Below are positions 8,516-15,119 of a stretch of DNA of 15,119 nucleotides, piece by piece. The notes beneath the pieces were generated by a model that saw only the letters and a list, made by a program, of their open reading frames with translations, was not told the origin of the DNA and did not search any database. Position numbers and translations under genes: made by a program. Source of the DNA: Bdellovibrionia bacterium (GTDB taxonomy: Bacteria > Bdellovibrionota > UBA1018); contig JBJMMA010000218.1 of the NCBI GenBank assembly GCA_045805065.1, positions 1-15,119 on the forward strand. The letters are read 5' to 3'. How positions within the stretch are numbered: the stretch's first letter is position 1; every line of letters starts with the position of its first letter.

Positions 8516-10735
8516 ATGGCGGATATGTCGGTGACTGGAGTTGAGACCTCGGAAGCAGATTTGCACAAGCCGTTTATTGCGGACGGTCAGACGGTTCCGG
8601 AGCTTTCGATCGTTCCCATCCTGATGGGCGTGGTGCTGGGGATTGTATTCGGCGCATCGTCTCTTTATCTCGCTCTTAAAGTCGGCATGACGGTGAGTGC
8701 TTCCATTCCGGTGGCTGTGCTTTCGATCACTCTCTTTCGCGGGATCTCTAAAGTCTTTGGCCTCCGGAAGGCGACAATTCTTGAGAACAACATCGTCCAG
8801 ACGACGGGTTCGGCGGGTGAGTCCATCGCGTTTGGCGCGGCCGTCACCATGCCGGCGCTGCTCATCTTGGGTTATGAGATGGAGCTGACGCGGATCATGC
8901 TGGTGGCGGTCCTGGGTGGGCTTCTTGGCGTGCTCATGATGATTCCACTGCGCTACGCGCTCATTGTGAAAGAGCAAAAAGAACTCACTTACCCTGAAGG
9001 CACGGCCTGCGCAGAAGTGCTGATTGTGGGCGAAAAAGGCGGCACGAGCGCCAAGACTGTCTTTACGGGATTTTTTCTGGGTCTGGGCTACAAGATCTTG
9101 AACGCAGGAATGAAACTTTGGGCCGAAGTCCCGGAGAAAGCACTCTCGTTTTTCAAAGGCGCAACGATTGCTTCTGAAGTCTCTCCTGAGCTTTTGGGGG
9201 TAGGCTACATCATCGGACCGCGCATTGCATGCATCATGGTTGCGGGTGGAATTCTCTCAAGCTGGGTGCTCATTCCGGCAATCATGCTCTTTGGCGGAGG
9301 TCTTGCTTCGCCGCTTTTCCCGGCGACAAAGCTCATCTCAAGCATGTCTCCGCATGATGTCTGGAGAAACTACGTTCTTTATATCGGCGCAGGTGCCGTG
9401 GCTGCAGGTGGAATGGTGAGCCTGGCTCAAAGCTTGCCGACTATCATCCGGGGCGCAATGGACGGGCTGAAAAATCTCAAGTCTGCGGGCGGCAGCGTGA
9501 AGAGCAACGTGCGCACGCAAAAAGATCTGCCGCTGTTGTATGTGGTGTTGGGCTCACTGGCACTCATTCTGATCATTACGTTCACGCCTTCGCTGCACAT
9601 GAATCTGGGCGGAGCCATTTTGATTGTGGCGTTTGGCTTTTTGTTTGTGACGGTGAGCTCGCGCCTCACTGGCCAGATCGGATCGTCATCGAACCCGATC
9701 TCAGGCATGACGGTCGCGACGCTGCTTTTGACGAGCCTGATCTTTCTTGCGATGGGTTGGGTGGGAGTTGAGTACCGGGTTACCGCGCTCAGCGTGGCGG
9801 CGATTGTTTGTGTTGCGGCCTCGAATGCCGGCACGACTTCACAGGATCTTAAGACGGGCTATCTTGTGGGCGCCACTCCGCGCTCCCAGCAGATTGCGCT
9901 GTTGATTGGTGCGCTTACTTCAGCGCTTGTGATTGGCTACACGCTTGAGGCGCTCAATAACGCTTCGACCATTTATTCAAAGAAGAACCTTCCTGCTGAA
10001 GCCGTCGTGCAGAACGTGAGCTCGCTCAGGGAAATGCAGAAGGTGATGGGACCTGAAAGCGCGAAGGATCAGACGCTCTATCACGTCTTCCGTCTTTCGG
10101 AGACGCCATCGAGCGGACCGCTCTCGCAGCTTCAACCAGGAAAGTACCTGGTCGATGATGCAGGTAAGATCCAGTACCTGGTTGATCCAGGCATCAACGG
10201 GACTTTGAATGTCCGTGATGATGGATCTCCAGTGCAAAAGTACGAGGCCCCGAAAGCTCGCCTCATGTCCCTCATCATTGACGGCATCCTGACTCAGAAA
10301 CTTCCGTGGGGACTTGTGCTCCTGGGCGTTGCAATCGCAATCGTTCTTGAGCTTTGCGGAATCGCCTCACTCCCGTTTGCTGTGGGTGTTTATCTCCCGC
10401 TCTCGAGCTCTGCGCCGATTTTCTTTGGCGGACTCGTGCGCTGGATCGTGGACCGCCGCCTCCGGCAGCATAGTGAAAAGATGGGAATCACGATGGACGA
10501 AGCCGATACCGAGTCGAGCCCCGGTGTGCTCTTCTCCTCGGGCCTCATCGCCGGTGGCGCGATTGCGGGCATTGGCCTTGCGATCTTGCTCGTCAAAGAA
10601 GGCTGGGGTCAGCTTCTTGACTTTGGCACCAAGCTCGGTCTGGCCGAAAGCAACGTCGCTGCTTCGATCGCGTTCTTTGTGATGATGGCGGCGCTTTGCT
10701 TTGTCGGCTTGAGCGGCGAGAAGTCAAAGAAGTAA
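8516..10735 (+). CDS. Oligopeptide transporter, OPT family
   Basis: 739 aa, polytopic. OPT motifs YLALKVGMTVSASIPVAV, ENNIVQTTGSAGES, YPEGTACAEVL, GSSSNPISGMT, SQDLKTGYLVGATPRSQQ, LPFAVGVYLPLS and SSGLIAG. AAGGA SD upstream. Confidence 0.96.
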   Translation: MADMSVTGVETSEADLHKPFIADGQTVPELSIVPILMGVVLGIVFGASSLYLALKVGMTVSASIPVAVLSITLFRGISKVFGLRKATILENNIVQTTGSAGESIAFGAAVTMPALLILGYEMELTRIMLVAVLGGLLGVLMMIPLRYALIVKEQKELTYPEGTACAEVLIVGEKGGTSAKTVFTGFFLGLGYKILNAGMKLWAEVPEKALSFFKGATIASEVSPELLGVGYIIGPRIACIMVAGGILSSWVLIPAIMLFGGGLASPLFPATKLISSMSPHDVWRNYVLYIGAGAVAAGGMVSLAQSLPTIIRGAMDGLKNLKSAGGSVKSNVRTQKDLPLLYVVLGSLALILIITFTPSLHMNLGGAILIVAFGFLFVTVSSRLTGQIGSSSNPISGMTVATLLLTSLIFLAMGWVGVEYRVTALSVAAIVCVAASNAGTTSQDLKTGYLVGATPRSQQIALLIGALTSALVIGYTLEALNNASTIYSKKNLPAEAVVQNVSSLREMQKVMGPESAKDQTLYHVFRLSETPSSGPLSQLQPGKYLVDDAGKIQYLVDPGINGTLNVRDDGSPVQKYEAPKARLMSLIIDGILTQKLPWGLVLLGVAIAIVLELCGIASLPFAVGVYLPLSSSAPIFFGGLVRWIVDRRLRQHSEKMGITMDEADTESSPGVLFSSGLIAGGAIAGIGLAILLVKEGWGQLLDFGTKLGLAESNVAASIAFFVMMAALCFVGLSGEKSKK

Positions 10736-10953
10736 GGCGCCCGACAGATGAAAAAGTTTTAATCCCGTTTTCACGGCATTTTAAGGATCGGCCCCCATAA
10801 TGGGGTTAAGAATAACGCGGGCTGGAATTGACAATTTAAAGTCCAAACCCAGTTATTTTTATATAGGCAATGGGGCCTATAAAAACACGAAACCTACTCT
10901 TATTCACCCTTGCCCCTTGAGGTGTTGGCAAGGCCACAGAAGGGAGGACTAGT

Positions 10954-11115
10954 ATGCTGACTGATAACCGTTTTATCCAGATCGCTTATCCACTCGTTAT
11001 TTTCTTCTCACTCTTACTCGCTTGGAATTCAGCGGGACAGGTCAACGGATTCGATCAGACCGCTTCGACCGGAGCACTGCATAAATTCGTACCGCCTGTT
11101 CTACCTGACACCTGA
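10954..11115 (+). CDS. Small single-pass membrane or secreted peptide, 53 aa
   Basis: Below the ORF-track cut-off. Strong SD GGGAGG (10942-10947), then MLTDNRFIQIAYPLVIFFSLLLAWNSAGQVNGFDQTASTGALHKFVPPVLPDT*. One hydrophobic helix. Confidence 0.65.
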   Translation: MLTDNRFIQIAYPLVIFFSLLLAWNSAGQVNGFDQTASTGALHKFVPPVLPDT

Positions 11116-11159
11116 GCTTTCTCGAAGAGAGATCCTGCAAAGAATGAAAGGGGGAAATC

Positions 11160-11498
11160 ATGAATAATCAATTCCACTTCAAAAACTTTGAACCGGATTT
11201 TCAACTCCGCCTCCAGGCCAATGTGGTTCTAAATCGAACCCTCGACATTGCTCCGTACGGAGCAGTGGCCATAGGGCTATTAGAGAAGCGTGACGAGAAT
11301 GACTATTGCTGCGCGCTCGACATCTATTCCAAGCAAGGGCCATTCATGGCCAGTGCAGTTGGGGCGGATCCAGAAAGTGCACTGCATTGCCTGGAGGAAA
11401 AAATTAGAAGGCAGATTTCGTGGTGGAAGTCTCATCGTAGGGACGGTCCTGTTCCGCCAAGTATCGTCACAGGGCACCCGGCCGTTGTGACATCTTGA
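11160..11498 (+). CDS. HPF/RaiA-like (ribosome hibernation factor fold) protein, divergent
   Basis: 112 aa. AAGGGGG SD. The beta-alpha-beta-beta-beta-alpha pattern (QFHFKNFEPD...YCCALDI...FMASAVGADPESALHCLEEKIRRQI) resembles the HPF consensus I...N.E......D.Y.AID....KL.RQL. Confidence 0.55.
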   Translation: MNNQFHFKNFEPDFQLRLQANVVLNRTLDIAPYGAVAIGLLEKRDENDYCCALDIYSKQGPFMASAVGADPESALHCLEEKIRRQISWWKSHRRDGPVPPSIVTGHPAVVTS

Positions 11499-11562
11499 CA
11501 GAATGAAATCTGAAACCATTTTTGAACCCAAGGCAGTTAACAAAAAGAAAGGAGAAACCACT

Positions 11563-12108
11563 ATGAATACGAACAACGGATTAACGGTATGGGCAGAAAA
11601 CTGGCCAGAAAACTGGAAAAACACATGGAGTCCGATTTCGGATCTTCGTCGTGAGTTTGATCGTCTTTTTGACGACTGGACAACCTCAACCCCACGTGGA
11701 TTAAGAACGGATTACGCCTTTGTTCCGGCCTGCGATGTGGAAGAAGATGAAAACCATTTTCTTCTGATTCTAGAGATGGCTGGAATGAAGAAGGACGATA
11801 TAAAACTCGAAATTAACGACGGCCAGCTGATGATTTCCGGTGAGCGCCACCAGGAAAGCAGACAGAAGGGAGAAGGACGCCGGTACTCCGAGCGGAAGTT
11901 TGGAAAGTTTCAACGGCGCTTTGTCCTGCCTGCTGGGATTGATGCGAGCCGAGTTGAGGCCAGCTACGAAGACGGCATTTTGCGGATCATGGTCCCGAAA
12001 GCTGAAAGCTCCAAACCACGCCAGATTAAGATCGGCAGTGGTAGCACGGGTTTCTTTGGGGAGCTGTATCCACCGAGCGACCACCGAAAAGAAAAAGTCG
12101 CTTCATGA
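11563..12108 (+). CDS. Small heat-shock protein, Hsp20/alpha-crystallin family
   Basis: Start revised to ATG 11563 (AAGGAG SD at 11549-11554). Motifs LRREFDRLFDD, PACDVEE, ISGER, ERKFGKFQRRFVLP, ASYEDGILRIMVPK and the C-terminal IXI motif (RQIKI). Confidence 0.95.
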   Translation: MNTNNGLTVWAENWPENWKNTWSPISDLRREFDRLFDDWTTSTPRGLRTDYAFVPACDVEEDENHFLLILEMAGMKKDDIKLEINDGQLMISGERHQESRQKGEGRRYSERKFGKFQRRFVLPAGIDASRVEASYEDGILRIMVPKAESSKPRQIKIGSGSTGFFGELYPPSDHRKEKVAS

Positions 12109-12114
12109 TTGATT

Positions 12115-12154
12115 GAAGCCCCTGTTTCTCTGCTGAGATCGGGGGCTTCTTTTT
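12115..12154 (+). terminator. Rho-independent terminator
   Basis: GAAGCCCCTG..TCTC-tgct-GAGA.CGGGGGCTTC followed by TTTTT, starting 7 nt after the Hsp20 stop. Confidence 0.85.
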
Positions 12155-12183
12155 AGTTCGGTATCCGCAATGAGGAGAGACTT

Positions 12184-12756
12184 GTGAAAATCCTGACGTC
12201 GAAAGCGTTTGTCGGATTGGTATGCTTTCTTGTTGGAGCAGCGGCAGTTTTAACTGCGCAGAGATTTGCTACTGAACGACACAAAGATTTGAAGTTTTCC
12301 AAGGGAAAGCTTCAATTTAAAAACGGCGCACTCGTCAATATGGATTCGGTATTTGACGAATTCTATAACGATGATTTCTTTAACCGAGCTGATGATCCTT
12401 TTGAGCAGATGAGGCAAATGCGAAATCGACTAACGGAAGATTTTCATGAGGCCAATCTTGGGAGCGGAGATGTCGGCGAAATCAAAAGGCGGGAGGATAA
12501 AGATTTTGTTTACTATGACATTGGCATCAAAGGCATTGATAAGAAGAATCTTAATTTCAAGATCGTCGATCGTCAGATCAGTATTTCAGGCCAGGTAGAA
12601 AACAAGTCGGAAGAAAACGGAACTGGGACCTACTTCAGTTCCAGTTTTCATAGATCGTTTCCCGTCCCCTCGTATGTTGATGGGAAACGAGTTCAGGTCG
12701 AACAAGATAAGGATAGGGTCACTCTGAAGTTTCCAAGGTTATCTACAGCGGGCTGA
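12184..12756 (+). CDS. Hsp20/alpha-crystallin domain protein with N-terminal signal peptide or membrane anchor
   Basis: GTG start with GAGGAG SD. Hydrophobic N-terminus AFVGLVCFLVGAAAVLTA. DPFEQMRQM segment. C-terminal alpha-crystallin pattern (IKGIDKKNLNFKI...ISISGQ...SFHRSFPVPSYVD...VTLKFPR). Confidence 0.85.
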   Translation: MKILTSKAFVGLVCFLVGAAAVLTAQRFATERHKDLKFSKGKLQFKNGALVNMDSVFDEFYNDDFFNRADDPFEQMRQMRNRLTEDFHEANLGSGDVGEIKRREDKDFVYYDIGIKGIDKKNLNFKIVDRQISISGQVENKSEENGTGTYFSSSFHRSFPVPSYVDGKRVQVEQDKDRVTLKFPRLSTAG

Positions 12757-12770
12757 CTGTGGAAAAGAGT

Positions 12771-12814
12771 GGACTCATTTGAAGGACCCGATGACCTTCA
12801 AACTGAGCCTTTTT
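12771..12814 (+). terminator. Probable Rho-independent terminator
   Basis: GG-a-CTCA-TTTGAAGG-N9-CCTTCAAA-c-TGAG-CC followed by TTTTT, 15 nt after the stop at 12756. Confidence 0.65.
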
Positions 12815-12870
12815 GCGGTCCGTGCCGGCCTCCCTTGCTAATCTCAGTATTCTCACGTATTTCGAAAAAG

Positions 12871-13362
12871 ATGAAAAAGCTCGCAAAGCTAACTCTTTTT
12901 GGGGTCCTGGCGGTACAAACGGCATCAGGTTTTTGTGCAGGGCCATTTACGGGATCATGGAAAGGCAAAGGCCAGGCTATTATGAAGCCTGGTACACCTC
13001 AGGAAAAAACGAGAAAGTGTTCTGAAATCACTTTTCAGTTTGTTCAAGACGCTGCGCAGTTTCATCTGATTTCGGGTCACTACCTTTGTGAAGATCTGGA
13101 TGCGAACTACGGATCAGCCGATTTTGATGTCCGAGGCGGAGCGCTCATTTATAAGGGCCAGGCGATCGGCACGATCTCCAATCAAAAAGTGATTCTGAAT
13201 ATCCCAGATGCAGAGGACGGAACGGTTTTTCACCTGATGCTGACTTCTCATGCGGGTTCGTTGGATTATGTTGAGCAATGGTTCCAAAAAGGAAATCGAG
13301 TCAGTGCACCAGATGTCCTTTTGCTCCAAGTCCAGGGGGCGCTCACTCGGACGCGTGAGTAA
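12871..13362 (+). CDS. Secreted hypothetical protein, beta-rich
   Basis: Start revised to ATG 12871 because the upstream extension spans a terminator hairpin. Signal peptide MKKLAKLTLFGVLAVQTASGFCA. FTGSWKGKG start of the mature domain and a Cys pair suggest a small beta-barrel. Confidence 0.7.
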   Translation: MKKLAKLTLFGVLAVQTASGFCAGPFTGSWKGKGQAIMKPGTPQEKTRKCSEITFQFVQDAAQFHLISGHYLCEDLDANYGSADFDVRGGALIYKGQAIGTISNQKVILNIPDAEDGTVFHLMLTSHAGSLDYVEQWFQKGNRVSAPDVLLLQVQGALTRTRE

Positions 13363-13383
13363 TGAGTCTCGTACGGATATGAC

Positions 13384-13911
13384 TTAGCGTGCGGGCCCTG
13401 AAGAGATCTCTTTAGAGTAGACGTACCGATCCCATGTTCGGTCGCCCTTCTTGTGGCCAGCTGGCACCATACTTACTCGATGAAAACCTAGCTTCTCAAG
13501 AAACCGCCAGCTCGGTTCATTTTCCACTACAGCTTCAGCCTTATACCGTTTTACACGGCCGGATCGATGCATGAGTTCCAATAGATGCCGAACGGCCGTC
13601 GTCGCAACTTTCTTTCCCCAGTGGTCTCTTTGTACAAAGTACCAAATCTCATAAGTGCCAGGTGAGGAGGTGTCTTCGTCACCGCCAGTGAGACCCAGGA
13701 ATTCGCCTACTTTTGAACGAATCACGTAAGGGCCAAAGTGATTTGGATTCTGACCATAGTATGCCAGCATCTTTCCAAGTCGTTGCCGGCATTCATCTTT
13801 GGTGGGGAGATAAGGAAAATTCGTAAATAAGGTAGCTTCCTCGTCAGACCAAAGAGAATGAACTCCGTCGAAATCATCTGCGCACAGGTCTGTGAATTCA
13901 ATTTCACTCAT
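13384..13911 (-). CDS. GNAT family N-acetyltransferase (RimJ/RimL-like)
   Basis: 175 aa. YEIWYFVQRDHWGKKVAT (acetyl-CoA motif A) and ENEPSWRFLEKLGF (motif B). Confidence 0.9.
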   Translation of the reverse strand: MSEIEFTDLCADDFDGVHSLWSDEEATLFTNFPYLPTKDECRQRLGKMLAYYGQNPNHFGPYVIRSKVGEFLGLTGGDEDTSSPGTYEIWYFVQRDHWGKKVATTAVRHLLELMHRSGRVKRYKAEAVVENEPSWRFLEKLGFHRVSMVPAGHKKGDRTWDRYVYSKEISSGPAR

Positions 13912-13946
13912 GGTCCCAATGTATCAGACGCAAGTACTGGGTCATC

Positions 13947-13986
13947 AAAGAAAGAGCTTGTTCTTAAAAGAAAGAGCTCGTTCCTA
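13947..13986. repeat. Tandem direct repeat, 2 x 20 bp
   Basis: AAAGAAAGAGCTTGTTCTTA / AAAGAAAGAGCTCGTTCCTA, 18/20 identical. Confidence 0.85.
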
Positions 13987-13994
13987 ACGTAGTT

Positions 13995-14205
13995 GATCAC
14001 GCTCCTTCATAGATTGCTTGTGGGGATTTTCCACTGGGTAAAACCCCCAGTCTGGAAAATGACGAAGGCAAACTGCTGGAGCCGGAGAGCGTATCTAACC
14101 TCACAACATCAGTGACAGCGAGTCCGGGACGACCGGTAAATCCAAAGGCGCAGAACGGAAGAAGGCTGGCGTCCTTTGGCAGCCATTACTCCGCCGGCGG
14201 AGTGG
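13995..14205 (+). ncRNA. Candidate structured RNA of unknown family
   Basis: A ~100-nt nested hairpin (13995-14095), further stems at 14142-14184, and a perfect 16-bp palindrome at 14188-14203. No family recognised. Confidence 0.3.
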
Positions 14206-14213
14206 AAACTCGT

Positions 14214-14999
14214 TCATAACCCAGAAAACCAGCACGCCGGCCGCGGCTTCCCTAGCGCTCCGGCAACGATCGTATCAAGCCGGCATTGAAGCGATGGATA
14301 ATTGATCTTCTCTCCCGGCGCGAGAGGCTTTGCATGTTGATCGAGCGAAGGCTGAGGAAGACCGGGATATTTTATCCATTCATAGATATCCCGTAAAAGA
14401 ACGACTCCAGCATCAATGGTCCGGACGCAGATGTCGCGAGAAGGGGCGTCGGGATATTTCCCCGCGCAAAGTGCATGAGCCAGGTCGCGATCGGCGCGCG
14501 AAAGTTTTTCGAGATCCGAAGCCACGATCGGGGTAGCGCTCATCATCTTCTTCATGCAAACGGAGGCCGCGTAGTAATCGGCCTGCCCCTCTGTTGATGA
14601 CCATGAATTTTCGGACGAATCTTTTCTCGGCGCGCCTCCCAGGAGATGGCCAAGCTCATGACAAAGTATGGAAGCGTAAGCATCCTGGGTGAAACCCGGT
14701 TTTTTGACCAGATCAGCTCCGATCGTGATCGAGTAATGGGGACGATTCAGGGAACAGCCGCCAAAGTATTCCGGATTGTCGGCATCATGCTCGATCTCAA
14801 ATGTAAGGCCCAGAGCGGAGACTTCCGGGAGCGCGATCGATTCAAATACTTTTTCCACTGGAAAAGACTCATCGCCTCGCGCCTGGGGAAAATGGCCCAC
14901 AAAGAGGCTGAGTATACTCAGCGACAAGAGAGACCAGAAAAACGTTCCCTTTCCTAAAAGCATGGCACCGCTTTCATATTTCTCTCTTTTCTTCTGCAT
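14214..14999 (-). CDS. Secreted zinc metalloprotease (HEXXH, M48-like gluzincin)
   Basis: ILCHELGHLLGGAP plus EGQADYYA as the third-ligand motif. Several Cys, C-terminal YPSLQCRLDT...RPACWF. Signal peptide. The true start may be ATG at 14963 (MLLGKG...). Confidence 0.8.
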   Translation of the reverse strand: MQKKREKYESGAMLLGKGTFFWSLLSLSILSLFVGHFPQARGDESFPVEKVFESIALPEVSALGLTFEIEHDADNPEYFGGCSLNRPHYSITIGADLVKKPGFTQDAYASILCHELGHLLGGAPRKDSSENSWSSTEGQADYYAASVCMKKMMSATPIVASDLEKLSRADRDLAHALCAGKYPDAPSRDICVRTIDAGVVLLRDIYEWIKYPGLPQPSLDQHAKPLAPGEKINYPSLQCRLDTIVAGALGKPRPACWFSGL

Positions 15000-15119
15000 T
15001 CAAAAAACCGCTCGTCTGGAATTAAGCAGAATCGATGCCACGTATTATCCGCCACTGCGCTCGAATTAAAGAGACGTCGCGGAATCCGAGTGTCTAACTT
15101 TTTGACAGGCACTCTCGAA

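Noticed and set aside
8474..10682. ORFs of 60-167 aa overlapping the OPT gene
   Set aside because: They are shadow ORFs typical of GC-rich coding sequence.
10772..10800. Sigma32-type promoter (CCCCAT at 10793-10798)
   Set aside because: No CTTGAA-like -35 at the expected 13-15 nt spacing.
12762..12810. SAM-I riboswitch-like words (AAGAGTGG...CCCGATGA)
   Set aside because: The P1 ATC/GAT, GGAGGGA kink-turn and GCAACC elements are missing. A terminator hairpin explains the sequence better.
13947..13986. Possible CRISPR repeat
   Set aside because: Only two abutting units, with no spacer and no cas genes.
14030..14125. Cobalamin riboswitch (CCACTG...GGAA...GAGCCGGAGA), c-di-GMP-I riboswitch (GGCAAAC...CTAA...GACAGC) or group II intron domain V resemblance
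   Set aside because: Only scattered words match. The core elements (GGGAA-GGTG-AATCC; GAAA loop with GACGCAAAG; a 34-nt domain V stem) are absent, and no sense gene lies downstream on the + strand.
13996..14219. Stop-free reading frames of ~60-70 codons on both strands of the intergenic region
   Set aside because: There is no well-placed ATG with an SD and no recognisable protein. A gene remnant cannot be excluded without a tblastx search.
15088..15119. Hairpin GAGTGTCT/AGGCACTC and a CIRCE-like half site (GGCACTC) after TTGACA
   Set aside because: Truncated by the window edge, so the second half site and any downstream gene cannot be seen.

Overview
Gene-dense bacterial window. The secreted-protein repertoire (SleB-type hydrolase, CHELGH...EGQADY metalloprotease, HPF-like protein) suggests a Bdellovibrionota/Oligoflexia-like host, but this is inference. 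The left ~5.9 kb is lower in GC and looks accessory. It holds a 1636-aa SF1 (UPF1/DNA2-like) helicase fused to a Vsr/DUF559-like nuclease, followed 12 nt later by a NucS-like PD-(D/E)XK nuclease gene that runs off the left edge and is missing from the ORF track, plus a divergent small membrane protein. Together these form a candidate anti-phage module. Next come a ribbon-helix-helix-like regulator, a divergent secreted SH3-like/cell-wall hydrolase translationally coupled to a small secreted Cys-containing protein (candidate enzyme-immunity pair), and an OPT-family peptide transporter. A stress cluster follows (53-aa membrane peptide, HPF/RaiA-like protein, cytoplasmic Hsp20, and a second Hsp20 with an export/membrane anchor). 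The window ends with a secreted protein, a GNAT, a highly structured 300-nt intergenic region and a secreted HEXXH protease. No tRNA, rRNA, CRISPR array, integrase or transposase was seen.
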